From Camelus dromedarius (Eukaryota), in contig NC_087436.1 of NCBI RefSeq assembly GCF_036321535.1, positions 72,604,001 to 72,668,000 on the forward strand: a stretch of 64,000 bases of DNA. The letters run 5' to 3'. Shown one piece after another: positions 25,631 to 40,117 of this stretch. Every line of letters begins with the position of its first letter. The first letter of the stretch is position 1. Under the pieces are notes generated by a model. It saw only the letters and a program-made list of their open reading frames with translations, had not been told where the DNA came from and did not search any database. The position numbers and the translations under genes are program-made.

Positions 25631-27099
25631 AACTGTCCAAAGCTAACTTCTAGTAAGGATGATGTTAAACATAGCAATCTTCCACCATTGCGAGTGCTTT
25701 GAATTTCCTGGAAAGTTTAAATTTTGTAATAGTTTCATTTTAATTCTAGTGTCATCTTTTGTTGTTAATAGTAACTCTCATGCATTATCTGATGATTGGA
25801 TTTAACCCTTTAAAATCTCTCTGAAGTAATTTTATTATTCAGAGATGAGGCTCAGTACAAATGATGGATACCAGGACTTGAGCCCCGTCCTACTGACTCC
25901 AAAGCCTATGCCTTAATCTCTCCACTGTACTGTTTCAGCAATATTAGAGCCTTCCACAGATCTCTGGTTCCTTCCTGAAGCCTTGGACACTTCCACACTT
26001 GAGGAGTGCTCTGAGTTCACATTATCGAAACTTAGTCCTTTCTTCTCTGTTTACTTGGGTATTTACAGCATCTAATGGAAGTGAGTTAAAGCACCCTTCT
26101 TCATCAATAGACAAGACAATCAAATACTCACTTTAGTAATCCATGTATGGCCTCGTGTTTCTAGGTTCTGGGTTTCGGCCTTAGAAGGCAAATTCATACC
26201 TTACCTTATTTTTTTTTAAATACTGTAGTCAAAAATGTTTAATGAGTATAATGACAATGATACATGTTAAGACTGACCTAATATGCAAGATTTGTATCTG
26301 GCAGCTACCTGGCATGCTAAACGCTGAGCTTAAACATGCCTTGGCATGTGAGAATGAGTTTGCTCCCTCTGCCCTCTTTATGGCTTTCTGGCTGATAAAG
26401 AAGACCTGGAGCCAATGAGAATTCCAGATCACCTGTGGAATTTATAACATTATTTGCTTTGAATCAAAGTTCATTCAATCACCTCTGGCATTCTGGATGT
26501 TGGCCTAAGGCTTCCTAAATTGTCTTTGTTTCTTCTAAAGCAAACCTCAGTTGCTGTTTTAAAATCTTGATTAATAGGAAATCAGTGGACTCTGGTGAAG
26601 TAAGTAAAAGGCAGAAGTTCTTTTTGGGTGAAAGTTCATTAGGCTTTTGAAGACATGCATAAATGGCACATGAGTCACCAACATGAGTGAGTTTATTATG
26701 TATCACTATGAGTTTACCTTTAATCATTAATTTTTTTTAATATGAGACAATTGTCCTTATTTTACAACCATTGTAGAATTTCAATACTCTGTGTACCTTC
26801 ATGTTTATTTTAGATTAGACCCCCAAATCTTGTTATTCTTACTTAGATTAGGACAACATTCCAAGTCAGAAAATCAGAAACCTAAAGAGATATCCATTTT
26901 GTTATATGATTTACAAGAAAGACCAGGGATAGCATTTAAGAAGTTTAGAATAAATGGCAAAAATTTCAGCCACATTTAAAATAAGCATGTGCCCCTTTGA
27001 CAGACCATGAAGACTGCTTAAAAATGAAGAGTATGAGTAGTCATTTAACTTCCCATTTTTCCAAGCTTATTACGTAAATGTGCACTAAGTTAGTGCATT

Positions 27100-27880
27100 C
27101 AGATCTCAGTGCACAATTGGAATCACCTGGGTATCTTGTTAAATAGCAGATTGTGATTCCGCAGGTTTGGACCTGAGGTTCAGCCTTTATATTAATCACC
27201 CTCTGATGCTGATGGTCCTTGAACCACTCCGTCTCACACAGAGTTACAGTTCAATAGAGGCTGATTTTAATTGAATTCTTGAAAACTGATTTCATGAGGT
27301 CATGCTATGACTTTGTCATTCCTTTATTTATTGAACAAATACATTGAGTGCCTACTATGTTCCAGGCTCTGTGGTAGGCACTGGGTAACCATATTTATAG
27401 CAACCCTTATAGGCCTCAGTAGAGAACCAATTCAGAACCAGTCCTGTCTTTGCCTCAGAGTCCTGTGGAGATGACAAATACTACAGAAATAAATACATAT
27501 GCAAATATATTACTATAAATTTAGTGCAATGAAGAACATAATAAAAGAGATTAACAGATTTTTACATGAGTGTGTAGATATGTGTCAGTAGACTTGAAAG
27601 GTGCCTAACTGTTAGCCACATATAGAGGCAGAAGGGTGCCCTGGGCTTGGCTCCTAAGGCATGAAAGAGTTAGCTTCCTCATGAAACGTTGTCCTCAGAC
27701 ATTTCTGGATGGCCAGTGTGGCTCAAATGTAGTGTAAAAGAGAAGGCTTAAAGAAATGAGATTGAAGTTCAACGACCACCCACCTAATTTATCATCAGGC
27801 AATATTTCTGAGAGTAGCAGAATGCATTCTTAATAATGACTTTAAGACAATTAGCTTTAAACCAAGATGTATGCTACCAC
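27100..27880. mobile_element. Cluster of old repeats: MER5A-like (~27100-27230), L2 (~27310-27770), MER94-like (~27770-27885)
   Basis: Recognisable motifs GGAATCACCTGGG…AGCAGATT, TTGAGTGCCTACTATGTTCCAGGC and TAATTTATCATC…TGAGAGT. Family names are tentative. Confidence 0.5.
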
Positions 27881-30800
27881 CCTAGTGTGGACAGGCAGGC
27901 AGAGGCCAAATCACCCAGGCACTTTTGATGATGAAGTTGTTCTTTTTTTATTTTTTCTAATTGGAGGGTGGTTAGTTTTTCTTCTTATGGGAAGAGCTCC
28001 TAGTTATAGGACTAAAATAATCCCATTTATGGTTTAATAGATTGTTTTGGAGGGGTATGATGGTGAAATGAAAGTCTTTTACTTTTATTTCCAAGAATTT
28101 TGGGGTTTGCTTCAGAAAAACAGAGTCAAAAAAATAGAACATTAATTTGAGAAAGACTACAGTCTTATTTTTATTTTGTCCATTTCTTTGTTTCAAGAGG
28201 GCACATAAGGTTTAATTACTATCTATGGCATATGAATTTACATAGTGTTTCCATCTGTTTAATTAAAAGTGTGTAAGCATTAAGTACGAAAATTCTGGGA
28301 AGAATTTTAAGATCCTTGGCATATAAAGTGTTACATAAATTTAAAAAATTTTAAATGCTGGGAATGTAAGTATGATGAACAAGATATGATAAAAAACTTG
28401 GGCAAAGGTTGAGTATGTCTGCTAGAGGTCTGAGGTGCAGAAGTAGATATATAAGTGATGGCCCTTCTGTCTTAAAATATTAAATATTAGCAAAATATTA
28501 ATAAAAATATTAAATTATCTCACATAGATAATATAGAGAGACCTCTGGGATACCTTAAAATAACTAACTAAAAGCCACATACTTTCTTTGTGTTGCTTCT
28601 CTTCAAGAAGTGGTTTCTCATTTCCTTCCCACCCTTTCTAAATAGAAGCCCAAAATGCTGACAATTTACAATGCTCATCTATTACAATGCTCATCTAAGT
28701 GATTCTTCTTCTTTCATCATCTCTCTAACTTTGGTGTGTCAGAGTCTTCCCCAGAGCCACGCTGGTTTCTGGCAGTGATTTGGTTGCTTGGGGAACACAG
28801 TGACTCTGTCCTGACACTGAAGACTGTTCATGTACCCCAGGAGCCTGGTGTGTGTATATGGGTGTGGGAGTGAGGGCATTCAAAGGCCCCACTGCTTCCT
28901 TTCTTCCGTCTTCCCCATCCCCTCACTACACGCCCTCTGATGCCAGTTGACTCATTCATTCTCCATGACCCATTGTCTTCTCTGGAACCTGTCCATTTTC
29001 TCCCCGCCTTCCTGTTTCCTCTGCCTGGAGCTCTAACTCTAAGACAGAGAAATGCTTTCCTAAAGAGATGAGTGATATCATATCCTTTTTCAAACTGTTT
29101 CTCTTATCCGAAGCCCTTGTTACATCCAGCCAGTTTAATTCCCTCTGTGTGAGAGATGTCCTTAACATTTGTGACTGAATCGAATTTATTTTAAACGCAT
29201 TATGACATCTTTGCTACTGAAAATAGTACTCTGAGGAATGCTTTAAAATAAAGAAAATGAAGAGTTATTCCTACCCAACTACCAACATTTATCTTTTGTA
29301 AGCAAAGATTTTAACATACACTGTTTGCCAAAATGGGGTACACCTGTATAAAACAAGGCTACATGGCCACCTCAAATGAAAAATGGCCCCCCTTTTAGCA
29401 TGCAATGACTAGTGACTGATGTAACCACTGGGAAAAAAAAATCAAGATTGTTTTCTGATATTGTCTAGTTTTATGAGATGACACATCTTTAAAAATAAGA
29501 AAACTAGCTTTTTATATATGTTACAAAAAAAACCACAGCATTGCACAGTGAAAAAAATCACCCTTAATATAACCACCTAAGGATAAGCAAGGTTAACTTT
29601 GGGGACCACTTAGTTCACAAATTCCAAAATAAGTTTCCATGTTCTCATGCTGGGTAGGCAAGGCTAGAGATGGGGGTGGGGATGAGAGAATAACAATCAT
29701 GGCCAATGGTACCAAAGTATTTCTAAGTGGGTGGTAGAAGATATACATCATTTCCTTATCCAGGATGTCACACTGCCTCTGTAGAGAGAAAGAAAGGAAG
29801 TGGGAGTGAAAGCAGGGAGGGAACCTGAACAAAACTCCTGCATTCCTCTGGACACTTCCTCAAATGGTAGGAAAAGTCAAAGAATAAAATTTAATAGAAT
29901 TCACTCTATTAAGTAATTTACTAAGTCTCTTCTGGGGACACAGAAACCTGGTTCTCCTTGTAGATGTGAGTGAGCATAGATTATTAACTTGGAGACTGAA
30001 AAAAAAATCTTAGTCCATTTTATTCAGTTGAGAATGGGAGACTGGGCAGGCTTGTAACTCTACCATCTTTATAGAACACACAATTCCAACACGATTATTT
30101 GTTCCACTGCATGCTTGGTTTTAAGGGCTCCTAGGAAAGCATGTTATGCCCTAAAACAACTCCAGCCTCAGGGATTTTGCTCTTGCTTTTCCTCTGCCTT
30201 GAACATTGTCCTCCTAAATCTTTGCATGTTGTTTCCTCATCACTCATCCCAGCTCAAAGGCATACTCAGAGAACTTCCTCAACCCTCTCAATGTATAGTA
30301 GCTGCTGTAACCCCAGCCCTCTCTAACTCATTTTATTTTCTTCATAGTCTTATCAACATTTGGAATTATTCTTATTTATTGATTAGTTTGTCTGTGTTGC
30401 TACATTAGAATGAGAACAGGGGCCTCATATGTCTAGTTCACTGCTTATCTCCTATGTCTAGAAAAGCAACTGGCACATGGTGCTTTAAAATATATTTATA
30501 TTAAGTAAAAATTTATTAAATAAGAATGAATGGAACAAAATATGTGGTATAAATTATACAGATGAAAACAATGAATGAAGCTTAGATGTTACAACTATAT
30601 AACTGGTCATGTGAAAGCTGAAGCAAACAGAAGTAGCAAATTCTGGGTAAGTATACGGATTAGTCCTTCTATGAGCCAGAACCCAGAAGATGAATAGGTC
30701 CTGGGGATTCTCTTTCATCTTACTCTCTTATTTCTTTCTCTAGATGCTCTTAATTTATGCATGGGAAAACATTTGTACACTGTGAAGTAATTTACAAACA

Positions 30801-31356
30801 GAAGATGTTTTTATTTCTATTACCAAGGATCAACTTCTATCTGTCTTACTTTTTTGTTGATGATAAGGGAAACAATGGTTACATGGGGGAGAACTGAAAG
30901 ACATAAATCATCCAAGGAAGTAGGACACAGAGGGAACTAACTTTCACTGGTATCTACCATGGATCAGGAGCAATCACAGCTTTCAAAACAACCTTATAAA
31001 ATATTCCTAGTTATTCCCATTTACCCATATGGGGAAACTGAGGTTAAAAGAGTTTTGAATAGCCTGTTTGAGATCATATAAATAAAGCTAGTTTTGATCC
31101 CAAAGCTAATGCTTTTTGCTATACCATGATGACCCAAAAGGGTGATGATGTGTGAAAAAGGAAACCAACTCGATTACCACTGACCCCACTCCTTACTCCA
31201 CATTACACACAGTGTCTAAACATGATGGCTTTAGCAATGATAGAATTTCTTGCAATACGGAAAAAATGTTGATAATTTGTTTCTTCTGCCTGTTTGTGAA
31301 CATGCTTCTCTCCCTGAGCTCTCATTTCCACTGTAACTTTGTCTTAATTTATTATC

Positions 31357-31463
31357 AGAAGAAGGAAAAATGAAGGAAAAGGAGGAAGAGAAGAGGGAGG
31401 AAGAAAGGAAGGAAGGAAGGAAAGGAGGGAGGGAGGAAGGAAGGGAGGACAGAAGGAAGAAAA
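31357..31463 (+). repeat. (GGAA/GGGA)n polypurine tract
   Basis: Directly visible; it explains the E/K/R/G-rich ORF 31370-31558. Confidence 0.9.
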
Positions 31464-32339
31464 CAAATCTATTAAAGCTCTGGGCACCAGGATTGTCATT
31501 TTCAAAAAATATTTTTTGGTTTGTTTTATATAACTATGTCTCCTATTGCAGAAAATAAGGCTAAACAGAGAGCCACCTTTCCTCCATTTACATCTTGTAC
31601 CAAAATATCTGGCTCAAGATGAATTTAGATTTTGTTTCTCTCTTACTGCAGATATCACCCACCTTTCGTGCAATTTCTGCCCCTCTCAATTTGCTTTTTA
31701 TGTTCTTTGCTGAACAACCTTTAACAATAAATTTTTTTTTTTTTGCTATCTTTGTAACTTTTTAAGGAAATACTCATGTCTTGAACTAAGGTTAGGGAGA
31801 AGTTAGGGGGATGGGATATGGAAAGGATGAGATAGGAAGAAAGAAGAAAGAAGTGGAATTTAGTTTTAAATGGAAAACTTTGGAAAGGAGTACAGTAACT
31901 TCCCTCCTCCTAACTCAGCCCTCAGGAATGAAGAGATGTAGCAGGAATATCTGCTCCCTAAACAGGGCAGGTGCCTCTAGAGTAAGTGTAGCCATTTTAG
32001 TGTGAGATCTAAGATTGAAGTCCTGATGTAACTGGTGGCTCATTGCTCTCAAAGATACTCTTTATAACAGCCCTATCCCTATACAATATACTAAGACCAG
32101 TTGTGTTTCTATTGAGGTTGACAGGATTTAAAATGTCCTTGGCCACCTGTTTGGTGGTTCAACATTAAGCCATGTTTGCTGTTGGTCCTTCTCGGATCAC
32201 TATTGGTGCCTCCACCAGTCCTCCCTGATTATGGTGACTATATGCTTATATAGTTCCGGTAATTAGACTTTTGTTCATTCTATTGAGACCTTGAGTTTCT
32301 GTCCTTTTTTGCGTATCTATCTGGAGTCTCACTCTAGAC

Positions 32340-33750
32340 CCCTGACCTCAGTTTAATGAGTTTTTGACATGGACAATACATACACGCAGCCATCACCCAA
32401 AGCCAGATATAAAATGTTTTTATTAGCCCCAGAAAGTTCCTTAGTCTATTTTCCAATCAATTCACCCCTCCCCCTGCTCCTAAAGTATCTACTTTCTGAA
32501 TTATGCCCCTGTACCTTAATTTTGCCTATTCTTGGACCTCATAAAATTGAAACAGTACAATATTTAAGCTTTTTTGTCTGGCTGCTTTCCCTTAATAAAA
32601 TGCTTTTGAGGTTCATCCGTGTTATTGTATGTATCACTCTTCTTTATTGTTGAGTATTTTTCTACAACACCAATATACCACCATTTGCATATCTATTCTT
32701 CTGTTGATGGACATGGGTTGTTTCCTGTTGGGGCAATTATAAATATGATTGCTCTGAACAACCTTCAGCTCTCTTCAGCAAATACATAGAAGTGGATTTG
32801 CTAGGTCATAATTGAGAAGTGTATTTAGCTTTATTAAAAACTGCCAAAGAGTTTTCTGAAGTAGTTACACCATTTCATACTCCCACTGGCAATACAGGAG
32901 AGATCTTGTTCGTCTTCATCATTACCAACATTTTGTGTTGTCAGTCTTCTATTTTAGCCATTCTGAAGAGTGTGAAATGGTATTTTACTGTGATTTTCAT
33001 TTCCTTGACAACTAATGATACTGAGTACTTTCTCATTCACATATTCTTTGTGTAATGCCTTTTCAAGTTTTTGCCTATTATTTTATTGGGTTGTTCATTT
33101 TTGTATGGTCAGTTTGACTGAATTCTTTACATAATACAGATACAAACTCTTCATCAGATATATGTATGATAAATACATTTTCTAGTCTGTGGCTTGTCTA
33201 TTCAGTTTCTTAATAGTGACTTTTGAGACTCAGAAAATTTGAAGTCCAAAATATCATTTTTTTTCTTTTATGGTTTAATGTTTTTATGTCCTGTCCAGAA
33301 AGTCTTTGCCTACACCAAAGTCTTAAACATATTTTCATACATTTTTTTTAGAACAGCACAGTGTAATAGAACTTTCAATGATTGAGCATTCTGCCTCAGA
33401 TGCACCATCCAACACTGTGGCTTCTAGGCATATCAAGCTATTCAGCAATTTATATGTGCCTACTATGGCTGAGAAAATGATTTTTAAATTTTATTTAATT
33501 TAAATAGATACAGCTAGTGACAACCATAGTAGACAGAGCAATTCAAGAAGTTTTAAGGCTCTGGGTTTTACATTTAGATCAAAGATGAGCTAGAATTAAT
33601 TTTATGTAATGAGTTAGGAGTCATAGTTTGTTTCCATATGGATACATGGATATCCAGTTGTTACAGTCATGTTTATTACAAATACTTTCCTGCTTCAATT
33701 GACTTGGCACCTTGGTGGAAAGTCAGTTGACTGTGTAAGTATGGATGAAA
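32340..33750 (-). mobile_element. Ancient L1M fragment with a nested MER3-like DNA transposon (~33354-33540)
   Basis: Antisense L1 3'/ORF2 motifs (ATTCTTCTGTTGATGGACAT; ATTTTAGCCATTCTG; GATATCCAGTTG). The MER3-like insert reads AATAGAACTTTC…TTTTAAATTTTATTTAATTT…GCTAGTG. Confidence 0.75.
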
Positions 33751-34279
33751 AAAGGTTTCTAATGAACTATACCACTCTCCTCAAGATCTTAGTGCAATTA
33801 GGAACATGTGGCAGCCACAGGGAATTGCAATGTGGCACAGTATAGTGGGAGAAGTACAGGGTACTTAGGGCATACGTAGAAAGAACATGCAACCTGGATT
33901 TGGGGGCAAAAGTCATGGAAGGTTTTGTTAGAGGAATTACTGTCTAAATTGAAGGCTAATACAAGGTAGTCAAAGAGTGGGAAATGTATTTCAGGCAAAA
34001 GCAGAAGAAAAACATTTAAGAAAAAATGTTTGAGTCCTTGCAATTAGCCTGTGCTTCACATGGGTTATTTTAGTAAACCTTCACAACAATCGGTTAAGAC
34101 ACAATAACACTACCATTTTGTAGACAAGTAAATTGAGGCAATCAGAGATTAACTTTCCAAGTCATACATGTAGCCATTAGAAGTACCAAGATTTGAAGCT
34201 AGTCTGTCACTCCAAAATCCATGCTTTTATCCACTACTGAATAATGTTCATATTATTTGATACTTATCTCATTATTCTG

Positions 34280-34940
34280 TATTATTTTATTGAATTTTTA
34301 TTGAATTTTTTTAATATTCATCGTGTTTTACCTTAGATTCCCGGAGCTTGTTCATCTTATAACTGAAAGTTTGTACCCTTTGACCAACATCTTCCCATTT
34401 CTTCCATTCCCCTCAACCCAGCAACCACCATTCTACTCTGCTTCTTTTTGAGTTTGTCTTTTTACATTTCATATAGAAGTTAAATTGTACAGTATTTGTC
34501 TTTCTCTGTCTGACTTATTCTACTTTATATATTATATTATATATTATATATAATATATATATAAAATCTCACATTTTCTTTATCCATTCATCCATCAGTG
34601 GACACTTAAGTTGTTTCCATGTCTTGGCTGTGGTGAGTAATGCTGAAATGAACATGGGGTACAGATTTCTCTTGGAAATAGTGATTCTATTTCCTTTGGA
34701 TATACACCCAGATATGGGATTGTTAAATTAAGTAGTTTTATTTTCAATTTTTTGAGGAACCTCCATGCTATTTTCCCTGATGGCTATACCAATTTACGTC
34801 TCCTGCAGCAGTGTGAAAGCACTCCCTTTTCTCCACATTCTCAACAATACTTCTCACATCTTTTTGATACCAGCCATTTTAACAGCTGTGAGGTGATACC
34901 TGGTTGCAACTTTAATTTGCATTTCCTTGATGATTAGTGA
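34280..34940 (-). mobile_element. L1MA-type 3' fragment with internal (TA)n
   Basis: TTCATCTTATAACTGAAAGTTTGTACCCTTTGACCAACATC and TTATCCATTCATCCATCAGTGGACACTTA motifs. Confidence 0.8.
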
Positions 34941-36796
34941 TATTCTGTATTTAGATAAATGTATGTACTAAAGAAGAATAAAGAGTGTAAGCCCCCCTAA
35001 TTGTTAGATCGTCTCCATCAAGAGTCAAGGAATCCTTTTTTTTTTTTTTTTGACTAATTATCATCTCCATCAACACCTTAGCCAAAAGCTTAAGCTTCCT
35101 CTCTGATAATGTCAAAGAATTTTAAAAGTTTACTGCAGAATTCTATGAAGATTGGTTAAATCTTTTAACCAGAGTTAAGTATCATACTTGTCTGAATTTT
35201 GTCTTTTCTGATGTCCTTTGTTCATCACTTTGACACTGTGATAAAAGTTCTGGTTTTAAAGGTTCTAGTGCTCTAGCACAAGAACATTTTCCAGGTCACA
35301 GTAAGGAAAAGAAACCAGTTCGCAGAGTACGTAATGAGTCCCCAAGTTACTAAGAGCTGATAGTAATAAATTAAGAATAGCGTGTAACTCACTTCCAGAT
35401 TGTTGGTGTTCGCTCTACCGTGCTGACAACAGGGAAAGTAAACAGTCAACAAAAAGCTCATGACTCAGACGTCGTGCATGGTATGTTTATAGAAAGCCAA
35501 GCCTGGCTCTTTCTTTGTATCCCACGTAGTTCCTCTTAGGCTGAGTTTCTTTTGATGTAAATTAAAGCTTTGTAATGGAAATGCATTAAGAAACGTGTAG
35601 AGGAAAACAGTAATGTGATGATCAATGATTTAAATAACAATCATTTGGGGAAAAAAATCATCATGCCTGATTAGAAATCTATTTCAAATGATTTCCTAAC
35701 ATAATGAAGGTGACAGTCAATTATATTGAGACTAGGAAATGGATACCAAGTGTTCTCTCTTTTTTAACACTTCTCTTGTACCATTACATACATATCATAA
35801 ATATGCTTTTGTTTGTATAAAATATTTGATGATAAAAATGCATCATCACACATTTCCCATTTAAAAATGCATCAAGGAACTTAAATGCTGACCTGCATTT
35901 CATTGGCTGCGCTATTAAGCTTTTTTACTTATTGCACTAACAATTCAGTTCAAATTACAGCTGGAAAACGTAAATTTACTTACTCCTATTAAAAGAAAAT
36001 GCAAATTTTCTTTTTGATTTAAAAGCAATAACTAAAATCCATAACCAGATGTCCTAAGAGAAAAATCCTAAAAGCTTTCACAGAGACAAATGAGAGGTAT
36101 CCTAAAAGAAGTGAGCGGCAGACTGAGGACGCTGAACCTGCCGGCAGCAATGCTGAGCATTAGAAGGTAGTGAAGCAGTGACTATAAGGTTTGGAGCAGA
36201 ACTATTTTGAAACTAGAATTTGATTTGTAGTCAACTATCAGCAAAATGTAGAAGAAAATACATTTTAAGATAGATAAGAACTTGGACTACTAACATCCCA
36301 CACACCCGATGTCAGAAAGTTTATCTGAGGAGATACTCCAGGGAAAGAAAAAACTAAATGGGGAGAAGAGGAAGGAGCATGATATATGGTTCAAGAAAGA
36401 GTAGCAGCTGACTGCAACCCACAAGAAGAGAAGGAAACTAAAGACACTTGAGATAGCCAGAGATGCTAGGAAGATTCTCCTTTGAGTGACAAAATTTAAA
36501 TGACATTTGTTTCTCTATAGATGCAATATATCGCTCAGTTCTAGAATGCCACAAGTGCTATGTATTTTCAATCTTAAAATTATCTAATAAAAAAGCCAAC
36601 TGACACTGATTATAGTAATAACGTAAGACCTCAAAGTTATAAGGTAAGGTTAATGTAGTAACCATTAGAAGGAGACTAGGAAGTGAAAAAGCATAAAGAG
36701 AAGAAGTGAAAAAGAGTAAAGTGAACTTGTTTCTATTTTTCATTTGAAAGGAGTCAGTATTCCCTATGAAAAGTCAATAAATCCAAGACAATATTT

Positions 36797-36978
36797 GTTT
36801 GTTTGTTTTTTATTGAAGTATAATACGTCAGTTTATAATGTCAATTTCTGGCACACAGCATAATGTTTCAGTCATACGTACACATACAAATACTCATTTT
36901 CATATTCTTTTCCATTGTGGATTACTACGAGATATTGAATATAGTTCCTTGTGCTATACAGAAGAAACTTGTTGTTTA
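36797..36978 (-). mobile_element. Short L1 3' end inserted beside older L1-like sequence (~36050-36750, +)
   Basis: (TTGT)n tail and TTTTATTGAAGTATA terminus. A diverged 13-bp TSD reads CAAGACAATATTT (36784-36796) and CAAAACAATGTTT (36979-36991). Confidence 0.75.
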
Positions 36979-39949
36979 CAAAACAATGTTTTAAGTATGT
37001 TGTTCAAAGTTATAAAGGCAAGTGATAAAATTACAACTACAATGTTACAAAAAAATTGAGGACTAATGAGATTGGGAGACAGTATTAGTTATTAAATTTC
37101 TTTTTCTTCACTGGGGAAAGGAAGCAATGGCTAAAACTGGTCAGTCAAGAACAGAGCTACCACTGCATTATACGAAATTACAAAAGACCACGGAAGGCCC
37201 GGAAACAAGAGGACGCCAAGGGCTGCATCTGAGAAATGGCACTGGGGAAGTGGCAGTGGAAGCAGGAGCCCCTGCCAAACTATTTTATTCAGACTTCCAC
37301 TCTTGATTTGACTTAACCATGTCCAATAATTAATCTGAAAATTCAACAATGAGATGAAGAAACGGCTTGTTTTAAATTCCGTGATCCGGTCAATTTTCTT
37401 TATTCATTGACATGCCAAGAAGAATTTAAGAAGGCTTGGTTCTAGGAAGTTTCTTTTTTTTTTTGGGTTTTATATTTAGACGTTTTTTTTTCTCTCTCAT
37501 AAACAAAGCGTGTTGAATGTGTTTTTTTCTAAGATGTGCTTTGGACATCTTGAATACATAAGAAGTTGAAGGGAAAATATTCTTAAAACAGATACATGGT
37601 TGCTGCAAGGAGACATGTTAATGATTTAGGAGGCATCACAGCAACCCACCCACGTTATCCTACCCCGCCACTGACGTTCCTTGTGTTGAGTAAAACTCAG
37701 ATCAACATTAAGTAACACACACAGAAGATTTCATGTGTAAGATATATCAATAGTCTCTACTATTTTGTACTATTTCCAATATTGTTCTGTACTAAAATCC
37801 GCCTTTATTTATGTTGAAATCCTGAAGAGTTTTTTTCATCTTGCACTATGAAAGTCATTCTTTGATTCCTTCTATATAGTTTTACAGAACTATATTAGAG
37901 GCTTCCAACTGTAGACTCCAAGTCCCTGAACTACATGTCATTTGCAAACAGTGCATATATTGAGAACTCTTGAGTGCATGAAGGATGCTACATATGTTAA
38001 GGTCTCTGGAATGACTCATGTTTAATACAACTGCCACAGCAACAGTGCCACAGCCTTTCTCAAAACATGATGAAACAAAGCAAGATGATGTCATAAAGGA
38101 TCAAATCCAGCAGCGTGCCACCGACTGCCTGGGCGCTGGCTTCCTGTCTGTTTATGCAGCTCGTGTAAAAGGAAAGAGATCACAGAAGAAGAGTGCTTGC
38201 TGTTATAAGGATAAAACATCAAATATATCTTAGCTGATCTATTTCGTTGTAAGGTTGTAAGGCTGCTGACACTGGCCCAGCCAGCTAGTGGAAGAGCTCT
38301 GTCAGGAGCCAGCCCCTGGGTCCTTATTCGACACAGGCCTTTGCAAATGCTGTTACCTTTGCCTGGAACACTAGCCTTCTCCTCACCCTTATCCCCATTC
38401 CCACAATGAACTTATATACACAATCATCTACTCTGCAGCTAACTAGTCCACCTCATTCTTTCCAGATGTCACTTCTCCCAGGAAGCCTTGCTAAGTCTCC
38501 TAAGTTTAGGCTATATTCCCACACTGTGTAGATCTCGTGGTAGCATGTCTTTTCCTTAGCATCGCACCACTTCTTATATGCATTGTAATGGTTTGCTTCT
38601 CATCTTTCTCTATTTCTGCACTGTAAACTGTTTAAAAGTGTTTTTTCATCTTGGTATCCCTAAAGTCTATCACAGTTCTCAGGATATAGCAGGTAACACA
38701 TAATACATAATAGGTAACAGGCGTTGAATGAATGAATGGATGGATGAATGACTTACAGGTTCAGAACACCATCACGGCCATTCTTGAAGGAGAAAGCTGA
38801 CTTTCAGAGGTAGTCTAACTAAACTTGCAGAGAATGAGGTAGAAATCCAGATATCAATTTAGTAATTTGCCATGAGAATTATGACTGCTGATGTGTCTGG
38901 TTACAGGAATCCTCCTGGCCTGTACTGACCTTGGACAATTAAAGACACATTCTAATCAGAAAGTTGCAATGGCATTAGACTGAATGAGATGAATATATCT
39001 ATTTTTTTCAATAATGGTGTGTCAGCTACCAGAATAAAAGAGACAGACTCCTTGGGCCAGAGAAGACCCTTCCTGGAAATGTGTTCAAATGGACAGAGCC
39101 AACTTTAGCCATCTTAAATATCCCTTCAGATTAGCACATTTGTCTTTCAGTCTTACATCAACAGTCAACATCTTGTAGGCTTATGAGCCATTTTGATCTT
39201 CTAGACTTATTTCCCATGTCTGCTCTGCTCTATGAATTATAAACTCAGAGGTCAACTTATTTCTAGGTTCTTTTACACTTTGGTATTAGCATTTGGTTTA
39301 TTGAGCAACTAATTTCCATTTAAAAAAACACTTTTGAACCCCTACTGCTTGTCCAGTACTATGCTAGTCGTTTCATGTAATAGTGATTAAATGCGTGGAC
39401 TTTGGGGCAGAGAGACCTAGGTTTGGATTATACTTCCATCAAATAAACATGATCTGCAGTAAGTTATATGAACCCTCGATTTCCTCATCTGTTACAGGGG
39501 AATGGTAACACTTCCTTATAGGGTTTTATGAAGATCATATGACATGAAATATAAAAAGTACTTAGAGCATGAACTCTCAATATGCATTATCTAAATTATA
39601 TGATAATATTTACAACTTAAAGGTACTCTTTCCAGTTAGAGGTACCTCTTACTGTAAAGGAAATGGAAACCTAAACTGTTTGCTTTTTTAGTGTAGGAAA
39701 CAATGGATTTCTGTTCTTATATCGGGGCCTGTATACAATAAATAATATTATTTACTGAGAACATCCAACATACATAAAATTGTGCTAGGAATTAAGGGTG
39801 ATGAACAGATGAAGAGAATGCCTCCATGCCCGTATTCTCACAAATGATCCATGTTGGATACAGTTAATTCTCATTCTTGGTATCATTTCAAATGTCTCTT
39901 TAACTTAGCTTTGGCAATCATATTAACCTAGTCACTGTACAGTTTTCTT

Positions 39950-40117
39950 TTTTGTTGTTGCTTCTAGTATTGTTTTTGTGGGTTTTTTTTTTTTGGAGGG
40001 GGAAGAAATTAGATTTATTTATTTATTATTGTTTTTAATGGAGGTACTGGGGATTGAAGCCAGGACCGTGTGCATGCTAGGCTTGAGCTCTACCACTTGA
40101 TCAATACCCTCCCCTCA
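39950..40117 (-). mobile_element. tRNA-derived SINE (Vic-1-like, camelid type)
   Basis: Its reverse complement matches the SINE at 54081. TSD TACAGTTTTCTT (39938-39949) versus TACAGATTTCTT (40118-40129), one mismatch. Confidence 0.8.

Noticed and set aside
31370..31558. Charged E/K/R/G-rich ORF
   Set aside because: It is a translation of the GGAA repeat.
3846..34310. Scattered 9-18 bp tandem duplications (e.g. 3846, 23301, 23985, 28666, 34287)
   Set aside because: These are ordinary slippage events with no shared motif or periodicity.
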